The position numbers and the translations under genes are program-made. From Planctomycetota bacterium (GTDB taxonomy: Bacteria > Planctomycetota > UBA8108 > SXIK01), in contig CBDCXR010000004.1 of assembly GCA_965223845.1 (NCBI GenBank), positions 3,168,001 to 3,232,000 of the forward strand: a stretch of DNA of 64,000 nt. Direction: 5' to 3'. Positions within the stretch are counted from its first letter, which is position 1, and each line of letters starts with the position of its first letter. This document shows positions 38,301 through 48,345 of the stretch, one piece after another. The notes under the pieces were generated by a model. The model saw only the letters and a list, made by a program, of their open reading frames with translations. It was not told the origin of the DNA and did no database searches.

Positions 38301-38718
38301 GTCCTTCGAGAAAGTGGCGGACGATGACGACCCGGAGATCCTCGGGGAGCGCCGCGATCTCCTCGTCGATCGAGCTTTCGATTTCCGCCCAACTGGCCGG
38401 CTCTCGGTCCGCGGCCATCTTGACGTACGTCCGCTCACGAATCCGCCGGCGCGATTCCGTACGGACGCGATCGAGCGCAGCGCGCGTCGCGACCGTATGG
38501 AGCCAAGCCGCGAGAGACCGCGGTTTCTCGAACTTGCGCCCGGCCAGCCTGAGAAAGCACTCCTGGGCGAGATCCTCCGCAAGCGCGGAATCACGGACGA
38601 TCCGGCGACACGTCGCGTACACCATGTCGGTGTGGCGCGCGAGGATCTCTCGAAACGCCTCGGCATCGCGACGGGCAAACCAGCGTTCGAGGAGGGTTGC
38701 GTCCGGAGGACTCGTCAT
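35350..38718 (-). CDS. ECF sigma factor fused via TM helix to tandem carboxypeptidase-regulatory-like domains (Planctomycete ECF57-like)
   Basis: WFARRDAEAF, AEDLAQECF, WLHTVA, region 4 LPEDLR...VHRRVGRGLDRLR, TM LWFGVLVLALLGGIW, repeated GRVVD..G.P/TD..G.F modules. Confidence 0.88.
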   Translation of the reverse strand: MTSPPDATLLERWFARRDAEAFREILARHTDMVYATCRRIVRDSALAEDLAQECFLRLAGRKFEKPRSLAAWLHTVATRAALDRVRTESRRRIRERTYVKMAADREPASWAEIESSIDEEIAALPEDLRVVIVRHFLEGQSQQSIADSIGLTRSAVHRRVGRGLDRLRDGLRKRGVVISALALGAALTGEARAAASPALHATLGKLAVSGVTVVETPAVLVGGWIAMKKLWFGVLVLALLGGIWMGAERWTPGGDEIVSERTEIEDTSAVEGASSGGQSRTATPNNAADTITGRVVDELSRPVPDAVVALSLGDTRRMLRSGPTGEFAWPENLTIDSTVTAYHRDFGIGLAAEIRADSESGRSTVTIRLRPLARLRCRVVEGESQTPVADLEFRLEGRAFDHDGIAERLALVGLDVLVRRPIRSDEEYVFIDLPAGVYEFAFPLGGMAYVAPGYFRTTRLDPVRVADGEAEKIVEIDLERGGTITGRVSDPDGNGVPGATVRVVASASSYVYDREADTLSSSYETWEESTDAAGEFRYRGLRFGETYIAIASAPGYAPGASEARSLRRGVATPRVDVRLAPGRQVAGKFVDDRGRAIGGLPLQFARRFARTTSRFGMPEAQTSEDGTFRVSGFAPGTFVVYPRTNRYHTSTQQSFVVPVSGDAIGLEFVLRRLQEGSLSGRVVDASGAPIAGAEVRAFSRDGSGVHERARTNADGTYRLQNLGQGAKFDLIADRPGFARGDLRGVELDATGVDFVLERFGGVRGRVVATASGDPVASFELRAVSYRVVPAGETGVWKPVHSESGEFSFGEVPPGACVIEVRAPGFAPARTDRLHVESKGWIEGVNVWLEKVVPIEGRVTDAATGEPLADVAVRLFRGGFGAHLLSERALVEGPSWFVRTDAGGRFLFDSFTPGESYGVAAWRSEFGTRVVGDVTSGARLELALRHEARLRVRVADHGAVSTRRSISVLQLDGFGSSGVPFRASRSAQPGAMEFEGLPAGRFRIVLELDRSAAGIVFADVSEGATVDAELDLNSLATKHGRVSGTIDAGAFTPGRRVILETAGEAFHRVTATVNEDRTFRFGGIPPGSYRLRYRLPGVREDLLRDLVVRSGEEEAVVLSVPKE

Positions 38719-38802
38719 CGGACTCCTTAGCGATGGTCGAATCGGTGGGCGCCGATCCCCGAAGCCGCACGGAGCAGCCTCGCTTGTCTGCCCCTACTTT
38801 GG

Positions 38803-38829
38803 AAGACGCCGACCACCCGCCGATGTTGA
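38803..38829 (-). promoter_or_regulatory. Candidate ECF-type promoter upstream of the ECF fusion gene
   Basis: Minus strand TCAAC-N16-CGTCTT matches the generic ECF AAC-N16/17-CGT layout, about 85 bp upstream of the start. Confidence 0.3.
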
Positions 38830-39128
38830 GTCCGGTTTCGTCGAGAATGCTGGGGGAGGGTCGAAGGAGATTCGGGTGCAAGACCTTCTCGAAAGCTCTT
38901 TCTTCTCCTCGTGGTCGTCGGTACGGGCGTCATGCCCGCCGCCGGTGCCCGCGAATAGAATCGGCGCTGGGCTCGATTCGCGGAATTCGCGGCGCGTTGG
39001 CGCGAAGCTCTACAGGCGCTCGAAGCGCCGTAGCCTCAACCGGGAGCCGGACCTCGGCATACACTGCATCTATGCGATCTATGCGTCGGGCAGAGTTCGC
39101 GTGGTCTCGGGATCGGCTCCGTTAAGAG

Positions 39129-40532
39129 TTACCGAGGACTCGCCTCGAATCTCGCCCCCGCGAGCTTCCGCGCGAGTTTGAATCCCTTTTGCCACGGGCC
39201 ACGGAGCTCGGTCGCTCCGTAGTACTCGGCGTCTCCCAGCATCAGGAGCGGATCATCGGCGAGTCGCTTCTCCGAGTCGACGAACGCCTTGAGGAGATAC
39301 CGGCCGCGCGCGAGGGTCGACTCCTCCGGATCCCAGGTCTCCGCCTCTCCTGCCGCCGGCGAGCGGAGGAGGAAGAGCGCGCCCGCGACGCGGCGCCTCG
39401 GTGTCACCGTCCCCTGCGTGAACGCGATCGGCTCTTCGTGCCAGCGGTCCGCCGCCTCGCTCCAGCGATAGAGGAAAAACTGGACGCGCGTGAAGCTCTC
39501 CCACGCTTCCGGGGTGTCCCGGACGATCACGACGTGCTTCGACGGATACCAATTGTCCGCTGGGAGATCGTCGACGGACGCGTACTCGTCTCGGGCGACG
39601 CGCGCATAGTCGCGAAGCCACGCGACCCACGCTTTGTACGACTGGTCGTCGCCGTGCATCTTGATCCCTCCCATGTGGGAGACGGGCTCGAGGTACGACG
39701 GCGGATCCCTTCCGGTATCGGTCTTCTTCGGAAGGCGCGCCGTCGGCTTCAGGATGAGGAGACTCTTCAGCGGATCCTCGATGTTGATGAGCGGGAGCCG
39801 ACCGGGAGGCGTCGTTCGGCTGTCCTCGATCAGGTAGCGAAGGGTCTCCTCCGGAGTCTCGCGGAAGATCTTGAGGCGCGAGGCGACCGCTTCGCCGAAC
39901 TCCGCGGCGAACTCCTTTGCCCGCTCGATGGGACGCTGATGCTTCGGGTTCGAGGGGTCGAGCTCATGAGGCGTGTGGCAGGGAAAGCAGCGCATCCGCT
40001 GCGACCAAACGTTCCGGACGAAGGAGTCGACGACGCGACTCTTGCGCGCGTGACGGATCACGGCATCCGGGCGGTCGGGGCGCGCGAGGTCGGAGTCACC
40101 CGCAGCCGGCAGTTTGCGGAGCTTCGCGTCGGCGCAACACGCCTTGATCCACGCGGCGAAAGCCTCGTACTCCGCTTTTCGAGTCTTCTCGTGAATGAGC
40201 CGCACGCCCTCGTCCTTGTCCTTCTCGCCCATCTGGATGAGCGTGAGGATCTTCGAGCGCTCGGGGCGCTCGAGATCAACGAGCCCTTGATCGCGGAGCG
40301 ACGCGAACGTCTTCTCTTGGGACGGGAGGATGTAGTCCTTCAGATCGACGGATGCGAGGTGGCACTGAATGCAGCTCGACGGCTTCTCCGACTTGAAGAT
40401 CGGGAGGATCCTTTCCTCGAAGAGCTCGAGCGGCGTCGGCGCGGCGGCGTCGTCTCCCGCCTGGACCAGCCCGGAGATGAGCGGAGCGACGAGCGCGGCG
40501 ACGACGAGCGGTCTCGAAGCGACAGAAACCAT
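39129..40532 (-). CDS. Secreted diheme c-type cytochrome (Planctomycete type)
   Basis: Signal peptide, FEERILPIF..SCIQCH, RCFPCH, SHMGG. Confidence 0.75.
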   Translation of the reverse strand: MVSVASRPLVVAALVAPLISGLVQAGDDAAAPTPLELFEERILPIFKSEKPSSCIQCHLASVDLKDYILPSQEKTFASLRDQGLVDLERPERSKILTLIQMGEKDKDEGVRLIHEKTRKAEYEAFAAWIKACCADAKLRKLPAAGDSDLARPDRPDAVIRHARKSRVVDSFVRNVWSQRMRCFPCHTPHELDPSNPKHQRPIERAKEFAAEFGEAVASRLKIFRETPEETLRYLIEDSRTTPPGRLPLINIEDPLKSLLILKPTARLPKKTDTGRDPPSYLEPVSHMGGIKMHGDDQSYKAWVAWLRDYARVARDEYASVDDLPADNWYPSKHVVIVRDTPEAWESFTRVQFFLYRWSEAADRWHEEPIAFTQGTVTPRRRVAGALFLLRSPAAGEAETWDPEESTLARGRYLLKAFVDSEKRLADDPLLMLGDAEYYGATELRGPWQKGFKLARKLAGARFEASPR

Positions 40533-40729
40533 TGGTTCACCTCGGTCCGGCGGCCTGGGGTCAGAGTCCCACGAATCGTATTCGGCGAACTGATTCTATC
40601 CCACGCGAGACGTTCGGCCGTGCGGGAAAGTCCTGCGGCCACCGCGAGATAGCACGCGGACGGTATCCCTGCGATCATCGAATGCTCTGAATCGTCGAGC
40701 GCATCTTCTCGGCGCAAGGATTGGAGATC

Positions 40730-41479
40730 ATGACGCGCGAATCGCCTCCCGCCCCTCATCGTGCCCGCACCGTCGTCCTCGCCCTGGGCGTCAGCTTGGC
40801 CGCGGTCGTCATTCTCGGAATCGTCTTCTCACCCGAGTTGCTGACGGCCTACTACCTGCGGAAGCTCCGCCGCGATGACGCGTTCCTCCTCGAGGCCGTC
40901 GTCGCCGAAGCGGATAGCCTACGCTTCGCGGCTGTCCGAAAGTTCGTTCGCGGCGACGCCGGAAAGCGCGCGGTGTATCAACATCTTCTCGGGGAAGTGG
41001 AGCGCGTGCTCAACGCGCAGCTCGGATCAGCGCGAACCGGCGGCGGGCGCGTACGCTACGTCGTCCGCCTCACGGACGCCGGCGGCTGGAACACTCAGCA
41101 GACGCGCGCGACCGTCGGTGTCGAGTGGTTCGCCCCCCGCGTCGTGCGCGGCCGAATCCTTGTCCGCCGGGACGACCGCGGTCTTCGACACGTCGGCGTT
41201 TCGGTGCGCGTCGAGGGTGAATGGGGAGACCGGGCGGAAGTTGCTCAGCTCGACGAGGCGTCGCCGCTCGCGGCGCTTTGTGGACTTCTCGGGGACGAAG
41301 CGTTTGCGGACGCGTCTTCCCTAGAACTTCCCGGTTGCGATGGGTTCGTATTCTCGACGCCTCCCGACACGCACGATCTGCCGAACATCTCGAGTCTTTC
41401 GCTCACCGTCGATCCGCGCTCGACGCGTGTGTTGACGTGGCTGCGGGAGAACGAAGCGCGGTCGAGTGACGGGAACTGA
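40730..41479 (+). CDS. Hypothetical membrane-anchored protein
   Basis: N-terminal TM VVLALGVSLAAVVILGIVF, genome-like codon usage, GGAG upstream. Confidence 0.6.
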   Translation: MTRESPPAPHRARTVVLALGVSLAAVVILGIVFSPELLTAYYLRKLRRDDAFLLEAVVAEADSLRFAAVRKFVRGDAGKRAVYQHLLGEVERVLNAQLGSARTGGGRVRYVVRLTDAGGWNTQQTRATVGVEWFAPRVVRGRILVRRDDRGLRHVGVSVRVEGEWGDRAEVAQLDEASPLAALCGLLGDEAFADASSLELPGCDGFVFSTPPDTHDLPNISSLSLTVDPRSTRVLTWLRENEARSSDGN

Positions 41480-41595
41480 GGTCGCACGGTTGACGTCATG
41501 GACCGCGATCCGTTCCCGGACTCGTTCCCGTTCGGTCGATGACCGGATAGCGCTCGACGGTGAGCTTCCGGCCGGCGCGGAACGACTGCCGAACG

Positions 41596-41668
41596 AGAGG
41601 AGAAGAAGGAGAATGAAGTTTGTCGGGAACGGGAACGGGAACGGGAAGAGAAAGAGGAAGAGGAAGAA
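41596..41668. repeat. Repeat family B copy (purine tract + ATGAAGTTTGTC(GGGAAC)n)
   Basis: ATGAAGTTTGTCGGGAACGGGAACGGGAACGGGA flanked by GA-rich tracts. An inverted-sense CCGTTCCCG..GTTCCCGTTC occurs near 41510-41533. Confidence 0.75.
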
Positions 41669-41672
41669 TGAC

Positions 41673-43553
41673 TCAGTTTCCTGCTTCGAGATCCCCGAGC
41701 GTTTTCTGAATCAACCGACTCACGTACCCGTTGTACCGTCCGTGCGGGGACCATCCTCCGGCTTTCGCGTCGGTCGGGAGCTTTCGGATGTCTTCGAGCA
41801 CGAAGGCCGCCTTCCCATCGAGCTTGTCGAGTGCATTGAGCGCCGCCATCGCCGCGAACACGTTCGCGCCATCCGCCCAGCGACTCAGTTCGACGAGCGG
41901 CCCGATCGCCCGGCGGTGGACGTCCGGTGCATCTGAATGCAGCGCGATCGCGTACGCGGCGATCACTCGCACGTACGGCGAGTCGTCCGCGAGCGCTGCC
42001 GCGAGCTCCTCGGCGGACGCCGTTACCGCTTCTGGGCCGCGATTCAGGATCCCCACCGCGCCCCAGTAACGAACGGCACTGTCGGAGTCGCGCAGATTCT
42101 TTTTCAGCGCCGGAAGCGCTCCTTCCGTCCGCCGCGTCGCGAGGTTGGCCGCGGCGAAGATCCGCTCGAACGGATACTTCTGGTCGTCGCGAGCCATCTC
42201 GTACGCCGTCGACCCTTTCGACCGGCTGTGGATCTCGCCTTCGGGGAGGAACCCGAGATCACGGATGCTCCGGCACCAGTCCTGCTGAGCCTTCCGGAGC
42301 TCGTCGAGCTTCGCCCGGTGCTCGGGTGACGACGCTAGGTTGTTCACCTCATCGGGATCGGCCGCGAGATCGTAGAGCTCTTCGGCCGGCTTTTGGTGCC
42401 AAAAGCGTGACTGCGCATCGTTCAGCTTTCCCGCTTCGTAGTCGCGCCTCCACGCCGCGGTCGACGGCGTCTGGAAGTTGTAGCGGACGTGCTGGCCGTA
42501 GATGAAATGCGGATTGTAGTTCCGGATGTAGTGGTAGCGACCGTCCGTGACGGTGCGGATGAAATCGTAGCGCTCGTCCATTCGCCCGCGGAAGCCGTAC
42601 ATGTACTTCGGCTTCGGAGCCTGAAACTCGCCGGCGAACGCGTGTCCGTGCATGGTCGCGGGCGGCTTGGTCCCGGCGATGCTGAGCACGGTGGGAGCGA
42701 GGTCGACGAAGTTGACGAGTCGATCGCTCGCCGCCCCCGCTTTGTACTCCTTCGGCGCGAGGCGCTCCCACTTCTTAGGGAAGTAGACGACCATCGGAAC
42801 CGAAAGCCCGGAGTTGTACGTCCAGCGCTTGCTCCGCGACATGCCCGAGCCGTGGTCGCCGTAGTAAAAGACGATCGTACTGTCCGTGAGCCCGGCGGCG
42901 GCGAGCTCAGCGAGTCGTTCACCCGCTATCGCGTCAGCGCGCGAGACGACGTCGTAGTACTGCGCCCAGTCCTGTCGCGTCTCCTTGTTGTCGGGGTGGT
43001 ACGCCGGAACGCGCACCTTCGCCGGATCGTGGATCGCTTGGTGCGGTCTCTTGCGGACGCGGCTCTCGTGACTCACGGTCGAGTTGAAGATCGCGAAGAA
43101 CGGCTGGCCGTCCTCTCGGTTCTTGTAGTGTGCCTTCCGCGACGACTCGTGCCAGCCCTTCTCTTTCGCGCTCGCGTTGTAGTCTTCCTTTGAATTGTTC
43201 GTACAGTAGTAGCCGGCTTCGCGGAGGTACGACGGATAGAAGCGCATCCCATCCGGAAGCGAAACCATGCTCCGCATGTGCTGCGCGCCGAAGGACGGCG
43301 GATACATACCGGTGATGATCGTCGTCCGCGCCGGGGCACAGACCGGAGCGCAGGACCACGCGAGCCCGAACCGCATCCCCTTCTTCGCGAGGCCGTCGAC
43401 GCTCGGGGTCGTCGCGAACTCGTCACCGTAGCAACCCATCTCCGGGCCGTGATCCTCGCTCGTGATCCAGAGGATGTTCGGCCGTTCGGCGGCGAGTGTG
43501 CCACCGGTGGCGAGGGCGAGCCAGAGCGACGATGTCATCCAAATGCGAGACAT
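41673..43553 (-). CDS. Sulfatase with C-terminal HEAT-like repeats
   Basis: PNILWITSEDHG, CAPAR, NNSKEDYN, GDHG, RGRMDERYD, and DSDSAVRYWG / DDSPYVR HEAT-like repeats. Confidence 0.92.
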   Translation of the reverse strand: MSRIWMTSSLWLALATGGTLAAERPNILWITSEDHGPEMGCYGDEFATTPSVDGLAKKGMRFGLAWSCAPVCAPARTTIITGMYPPSFGAQHMRSMVSLPDGMRFYPSYLREAGYYCTNNSKEDYNASAKEKGWHESSRKAHYKNREDGQPFFAIFNSTVSHESRVRKRPHQAIHDPAKVRVPAYHPDNKETRQDWAQYYDVVSRADAIAGERLAELAAAGLTDSTIVFYYGDHGSGMSRSKRWTYNSGLSVPMVVYFPKKWERLAPKEYKAGAASDRLVNFVDLAPTVLSIAGTKPPATMHGHAFAGEFQAPKPKYMYGFRGRMDERYDFIRTVTDGRYHYIRNYNPHFIYGQHVRYNFQTPSTAAWRRDYEAGKLNDAQSRFWHQKPAEELYDLAADPDEVNNLASSPEHRAKLDELRKAQQDWCRSIRDLGFLPEGEIHSRSKGSTAYEMARDDQKYPFERIFAAANLATRRTEGALPALKKNLRDSDSAVRYWGAVGILNRGPEAVTASAEELAAALADDSPYVRVIAAYAIALHSDAPDVHRRAIGPLVELSRWADGANVFAAMAALNALDKLDGKAAFVLEDIRKLPTDAKAGGWSPHGRYNGYVSRLIQKTLGDLEAGN

Positions 43554-43798
43554 ATCCTGCTTCCTTCTGCTGAATGACCGTTCGGGGAACTCCGCCCTAT
43601 CGTAGCGAGTCGGCCGTCTCGCCGAGCCCGTTTTTGCGCAATTCGATCAGCGGATTCGATTTCACCCAGCGGTGATACAATGCGGGCATGGGCATCAAGA
43701 TCGAGATTCCGTCCTCCGCCGGCGGGGAGAACTTTCCGCCGTGTGCAGCCCGACGCGTGTCGTTCGCGGCTTCGAAGTCTGTTTCACTCCGGCGTGTG

Positions 43799-46700
43799 AT
43801 GACGAGAATCGTCCTCGTCTTCTTGATCGCGACGACCGGGCGAGCCGACGTCGTCATTCACGAATTCGTCGCGACGAACTCCGATTCTCTCCGCGACGAG
43901 GACGGCGAGTCGTCGGATTGGATCGAGCTCCGCAACTGCGAGCGTGTCCCGGTCGACGTGGGCGGCTGGTTCCTCACGGACGACGCCGACGAGCTCACGC
44001 GCTGGTCGTTTCCCGCGGTCGTTCTCGATCCGGGGGCCTACCTGGTCGTCTTCGCATCGGGCAAGGACCGGCGCGACGCGTCGGGCGAGCTCCACACGAG
44101 CTTTCGGCTCGACGGTGACGGCGAGTACCTCGCGCTCGTCCGCCCGGACGGAAGAACGATCGCGCACGAGTTCGCGCCCGCCTATCCCGAGCAGCGCCGA
44201 GACGTCGGCTTCGGAACGGGCGAGGAGGTCGTCGAGCCGCGTCTCGTCGCGCTCGGCGACGACGTGCGCATCTTCGTACCCGCGAACGACCCAGCCGGCG
44301 CCGCGGCCATTGGAAATGCATGGACGGGCGGCGCCGAGCCGTTCGACGACTCGCTCGCGGCCGGCTGGACGAACGCGACGACCGGCATCGGATACGACGT
44401 CGCGTCCGAAGCCGCGCCTCAAGACGACCGGCGGCGCCTCATCGGATACTGGAGCTTCGACGACCTGGCCGACCGCGAGCTCACGGTGGATTCTAGCGGC
44501 AACGATCACCACGGAACGATCACGAGCCGCTTCGCGCTCACCGGCGAAGGCGGAACAGCGAATCCCGTCTACACCACCGATGGCAGCGGACACACAGGAC
44601 TTCCCGGGGACCGCTCGCTCGACTTCGGTGTGACGGGAAACGGTGCTCTGGTCGACATACCGGCGGCCGCGACCGGAGCGTTCGACCGGGCGCGCGAGAA
44701 CGACGCGATCAGCATCAGTCTCTGGATCTTCGGCGGGACGGACCAACCAGCGCGAGGCAGCATCTTCTGGGGATCGGGGAACGAGCTCGGCACGGGGGTC
44801 CGCTCGCTGAACGCTCACGCCCCGTGGAGCGACCGCACGATCTACTGGGATACGGCCGGCTGCTGCGACGAAACCACCCGAATTTCGAAACCAGAGCCGA
44901 GCTCGATTCGCTGGCAAGGCGAGTGGAACCACTACGTCTTCATCAAGAACGGTGATCGGAAGGAGATCTGGCAGAACGGAGTCCTCTTCCACGAGGGAAA
45001 CAATCCGTCCCCGCTCACCCCGATACGGAACTTCACGATCGGTGGAGCGAAAGCCAACGGCCCGCTCGGCTACGGCGGACGCATCGACGATGTGGCCGTT
45101 TGGGACGGAGCACTCGAACGGAAAGAGATCGAGAATCTGTCGGCCGGCGCGTCGCCGCTCGACCTCTCGGAGTTTCGCGGGTTCATCGCGAGTGATGTCG
45201 AGGACGCACTTCGAGGTCGAGGCTCGTCGCTCTACGTCCGCGCCCCGTTCGAGCTCCGCGAGGAGCCGACGCCCGACACGGCGCTCGTCCTTCGTGTCCG
45301 CTACGACGACGGGTTCGCCGCGTACCTGAACGGCGTCGAAGTCGCGCGCCGAAACGCGCTGGCGGAGCTCACCTTCGACGCCCGCGCTGAGTCCGATCGG
45401 CCGCGGGGGGATGCCACGACCAAGCTCGAGGAGATCGATCTCAGCGAATACCTCGGGTCGCTCAACCTCGGCCGAAACGTCTTCGCGATCCACGCGCTCA
45501 ATGATCGCGCGGACAGCCCGGACTTTCTCATCGCGCCGGAGCTCGTCCTCGTTCGGCGAACGGCGGATCGATATCTCTCACCGTCTACGCCGGGCGAGGC
45601 GAACAGCCCTGGCCTCGACGGATTTGTCGACGACACGCGCTTCAGCGTCGATCGCGGCTTCTTCGATGCGCCGATCGATGTCGAGATTTCGTCAGAGACC
45701 GAAGACGCAGAGATCTACTACTCGATGGACGGCAGCGAGCCGGGACCGGATGCTGAAGCAGCGACACGCTATTCCGGTCCGATTCGCGTCGACGAGACGA
45801 CCACTCTTCGCGCGCGCGCGTTCAAGGCGAATCACCTACCGACGAACGTCGACACGCAGACGTATCTCTTTATCGCAAGCACTGCGAGTCAGCCGCGCCG
45901 CCCGGAGGGATTCCCGGCGAGTTGGAGCGAAGGGGTATCGGCGGACTACGCCGTCGACCCGGACGTGGTCGAGTCGACGCTTCCGGGCTTCGGCTTCGAG
46001 GAGGCTCTCCGCGCGATCCCCTCGATGAGCATCGTAATGCCGCCCGAAGATCTGTTCGGCTCGAGCCGGGGAATCTACTACCACTCGCGGCAAAAGACGG
46101 AGCGCGGCGGCTCGATCGAGTACATCGACCCGGACGGTGAACGAGAGTTCCAGTCCGACGCCGGCGTCCGTATCCACGGCCTCACGAGCGCATGGCACTC
46201 GTTCACGAAGAAACACTCGTTTCGCGTCGTGTTCAAGAGCCGCTTCGGGCCGACGAAGCTCGATTTCCCCCTCTTCGATGGATCGCCCGTCGAAAAGTTC
46301 GATCAGTTCGTCCTCAAGGGACTCTCGACCGACACCTGGCCGGTCGAGGACGGCTGGCACCTCAGCAGTGCGCCGCCCGGGACGCGCCGATGGCATCGCG
46401 AAGACGCCCTCTACATGCGCGAACAGTGGATGAAGGACAGCCTGCGCGAGATGGGACAGACGTCGACCTTCGGCCGCTACGTTCACCTCTACCTGAACGG
46501 TCTCTACTGGGGCCTCTACAACTTGACCGAGCGTCCGACGGACTCTTTCAACGCCGAGCACCGCGGCGGAGAGAAGGAAGAGTACGACGTCATCCGCGAC
46601 TTCGCCGAGCTGCAATCCGGATCGCGAGCCGCGTGGAACGAGATGATGACGCTCGCATCGAACGGTCTCGAGACGGAGGCCGCCTACCAGCGCATCCAGG

Positions 46701-48322
46701 GCAACCATCCCGACGGCACGCGCAATCTCGACTACCCCGTCTACGTCGACGTCGACAGTCTGATCGACTACATGATCCTCCACATCTACGCAGGTGCTGA
46801 CGACTGGCCGAACCACAATTGGTGGGCGGCTCGTCGTCGCGGGCCGGATAGCGATGGCTTCAAGTTCTACGCGTGGGATCAAGAGATCAGCAACAACTCG
46901 AACAATCGCTTCGGCTTCTCGGCGTGGGGCGTCCGCTTCGAGCTCGCGAGCGCCGCGGGTACGCCGTCCTTTCTTTACGACCGAATGCGCGGAAACCGCA
47001 GCTTCCAGATTCGCTTTGCCGATCGCGTGGCGCGGCATTTTGCCCCCGGGGGAGCGCTGTCGCGAGAAGGAGCAGAAGCTCGGTGGGAGTCGCGCGCGAT
47101 CGAGATCGACCGGGCGATCGTCGGCGAGTCGGCTCGGTGGGGAGATGCACGCCGGACCGCGCCCTACAAACGCGAGGTCGAGTGGCTCGCAGCGCGCGAC
47201 TGGATCACCGGCGAGTACCTCGACGGCGTCGTTCCGCAGGCGTTCGCGCGCTTTCGTCGAGTCGACCTCTATCCCGCTCTCGACGTTCCCATCTTTCGCC
47301 AACACGGCGGACGTGTGCCGATGAGTTGGGAACTCACCATGGCCGCCGCGGAGGGAACGACGTATTTCACCGTCGACGGCAGCGACCCGCGGGCGCGGAA
47401 CGGAACGGTGTCGCCGACGGCGTCCGTTGGCGAGGGCTCGTCGGTGACGATCACCGGTCCGGTGACGGTGAAAGCACGAGCACGCTCCGGCGGTGAATGG
47501 AGCGCGCTCAGCGAGGCGTTCTTCTACGTCGAGGAGCCGCTTCGCATCACGGAGATCATGTACCATCCTCCGGCGAGCGATCCGGGCGACGAGTTTTCGC
47601 GCGTCGACTACGAGTTCGTGGAGTTTCAGAACATTGCATCGACGCCGCTCCGTCTCGAGGGATTTCGCGTGCGCGGCGGCGTCGAGGCCGAGTTCGCCGC
47701 GGGCGACGCTCTCGCACCCGGCGAGATCGTGGTGCTCGTAAAAAACACGGACGCGTTTCGTGCGCGGTACGGAGACGACCCGAGAGTCGCGGGTGAGTTC
47801 TCGGGTCAGCTCCGAAACTCCGGCGAACGGCTCGAGATCCGCGGTCCGCTCGACGGGTTACTGCTCGCGGCGGACTACAGCGACGAGTGGCATCCGTCGA
47901 CCGACGGTGAGGGCCGCTCCCTCGCGATCGTCGACGCGCGGGCGCCCGCTGAGAGCTGGAGCGCCGCGGGAAGTTGGCGACCGAGTGTGCGGCGGCTCGG
48001 CACGCCGGGATTCATTCCTTCGGTCGACACCGGCGCGCAGCGACAGGGGGATTACAACCAAGATGGGGACGTCAACATCGCGGATGGAATCAACGCTCTC
48101 CTCGTGCTTTTCGCGGACGGCGAGTTGAGACTTCCGTGCGGAGGTGAGATCGACGACGAAGCGAATCGCCGGCTCTTCGACCTGAACGGCGACGCGTCAT
48201 TCGATCTCTCCGACCCGATCTATCTCTTCGAGTACCTGTTCCAGGACGGGCGGCCACCGGTGCTCGGAGTGGAGTGTCTACCGACCGAAGGCTGCGCGGT
48301 CGTGTGTGGGGCCGGGGAGTAG
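43799..48322 (+). CDS. Large secreted protein: lamin-tail, LamG, chitobiase-like, CotH kinase, lamin-tail and dockerin-like C-terminus
   Basis: VVIHEFVATN..DWIEL and RITEIMYHP..EFVE lamin-tail domains, GYWSFDD..WNHY..GRIDDVAVW LamG, HLYLNGLYWGLY and WDQE CotH, GDYNQDGDVNIAD / DLNGDASFDLSD repeats. Confidence 0.85.
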   Translation: MTRIVLVFLIATTGRADVVIHEFVATNSDSLRDEDGESSDWIELRNCERVPVDVGGWFLTDDADELTRWSFPAVVLDPGAYLVVFASGKDRRDASGELHTSFRLDGDGEYLALVRPDGRTIAHEFAPAYPEQRRDVGFGTGEEVVEPRLVALGDDVRIFVPANDPAGAAAIGNAWTGGAEPFDDSLAAGWTNATTGIGYDVASEAAPQDDRRRLIGYWSFDDLADRELTVDSSGNDHHGTITSRFALTGEGGTANPVYTTDGSGHTGLPGDRSLDFGVTGNGALVDIPAAATGAFDRARENDAISISLWIFGGTDQPARGSIFWGSGNELGTGVRSLNAHAPWSDRTIYWDTAGCCDETTRISKPEPSSIRWQGEWNHYVFIKNGDRKEIWQNGVLFHEGNNPSPLTPIRNFTIGGAKANGPLGYGGRIDDVAVWDGALERKEIENLSAGASPLDLSEFRGFIASDVEDALRGRGSSLYVRAPFELREEPTPDTALVLRVRYDDGFAAYLNGVEVARRNALAELTFDARAESDRPRGDATTKLEEIDLSEYLGSLNLGRNVFAIHALNDRADSPDFLIAPELVLVRRTADRYLSPSTPGEANSPGLDGFVDDTRFSVDRGFFDAPIDVEISSETEDAEIYYSMDGSEPGPDAEAATRYSGPIRVDETTTLRARAFKANHLPTNVDTQTYLFIASTASQPRRPEGFPASWSEGVSADYAVDPDVVESTLPGFGFEEALRAIPSMSIVMPPEDLFGSSRGIYYHSRQKTERGGSIEYIDPDGEREFQSDAGVRIHGLTSAWHSFTKKHSFRVVFKSRFGPTKLDFPLFDGSPVEKFDQFVLKGLSTDTWPVEDGWHLSSAPPGTRRWHREDALYMREQWMKDSLREMGQTSTFGRYVHLYLNGLYWGLYNLTERPTDSFNAEHRGGEKEEYDVIRDFAELQSGSRAAWNEMMTLASNGLETEAAYQRIQGNHPDGTRNLDYPVYVDVDSLIDYMILHIYAGADDWPNHNWWAARRRGPDSDGFKFYAWDQEISNNSNNRFGFSAWGVRFELASAAGTPSFLYDRMRGNRSFQIRFADRVARHFAPGGALSREGAEARWESRAIEIDRAIVGESARWGDARRTAPYKREVEWLAARDWITGEYLDGVVPQAFARFRRVDLYPALDVPIFRQHGGRVPMSWELTMAAAEGTTYFTVDGSDPRARNGTVSPTASVGEGSSVTITGPVTVKARARSGGEWSALSEAFFYVEEPLRITEIMYHPPASDPGDEFSRVDYEFVEFQNIASTPLRLEGFRVRGGVEAEFAAGDALAPGEIVVLVKNTDAFRARYGDDPRVAGEFSGQLRNSGERLEIRGPLDGLLLAADYSDEWHPSTDGEGRSLAIVDARAPAESWSAAGSWRPSVRRLGTPGFIPSVDTGAQRQGDYNQDGDVNIADGINALLVLFADGELRLPCGGEIDDEANRRLFDLNGDASFDLSDPIYLFEYLFQDGRPPVLGVECLPTEGCAVVCGAGE

Positions 48323-48345
48323 GAGACGCGGCGGGCGGGGAGGGG

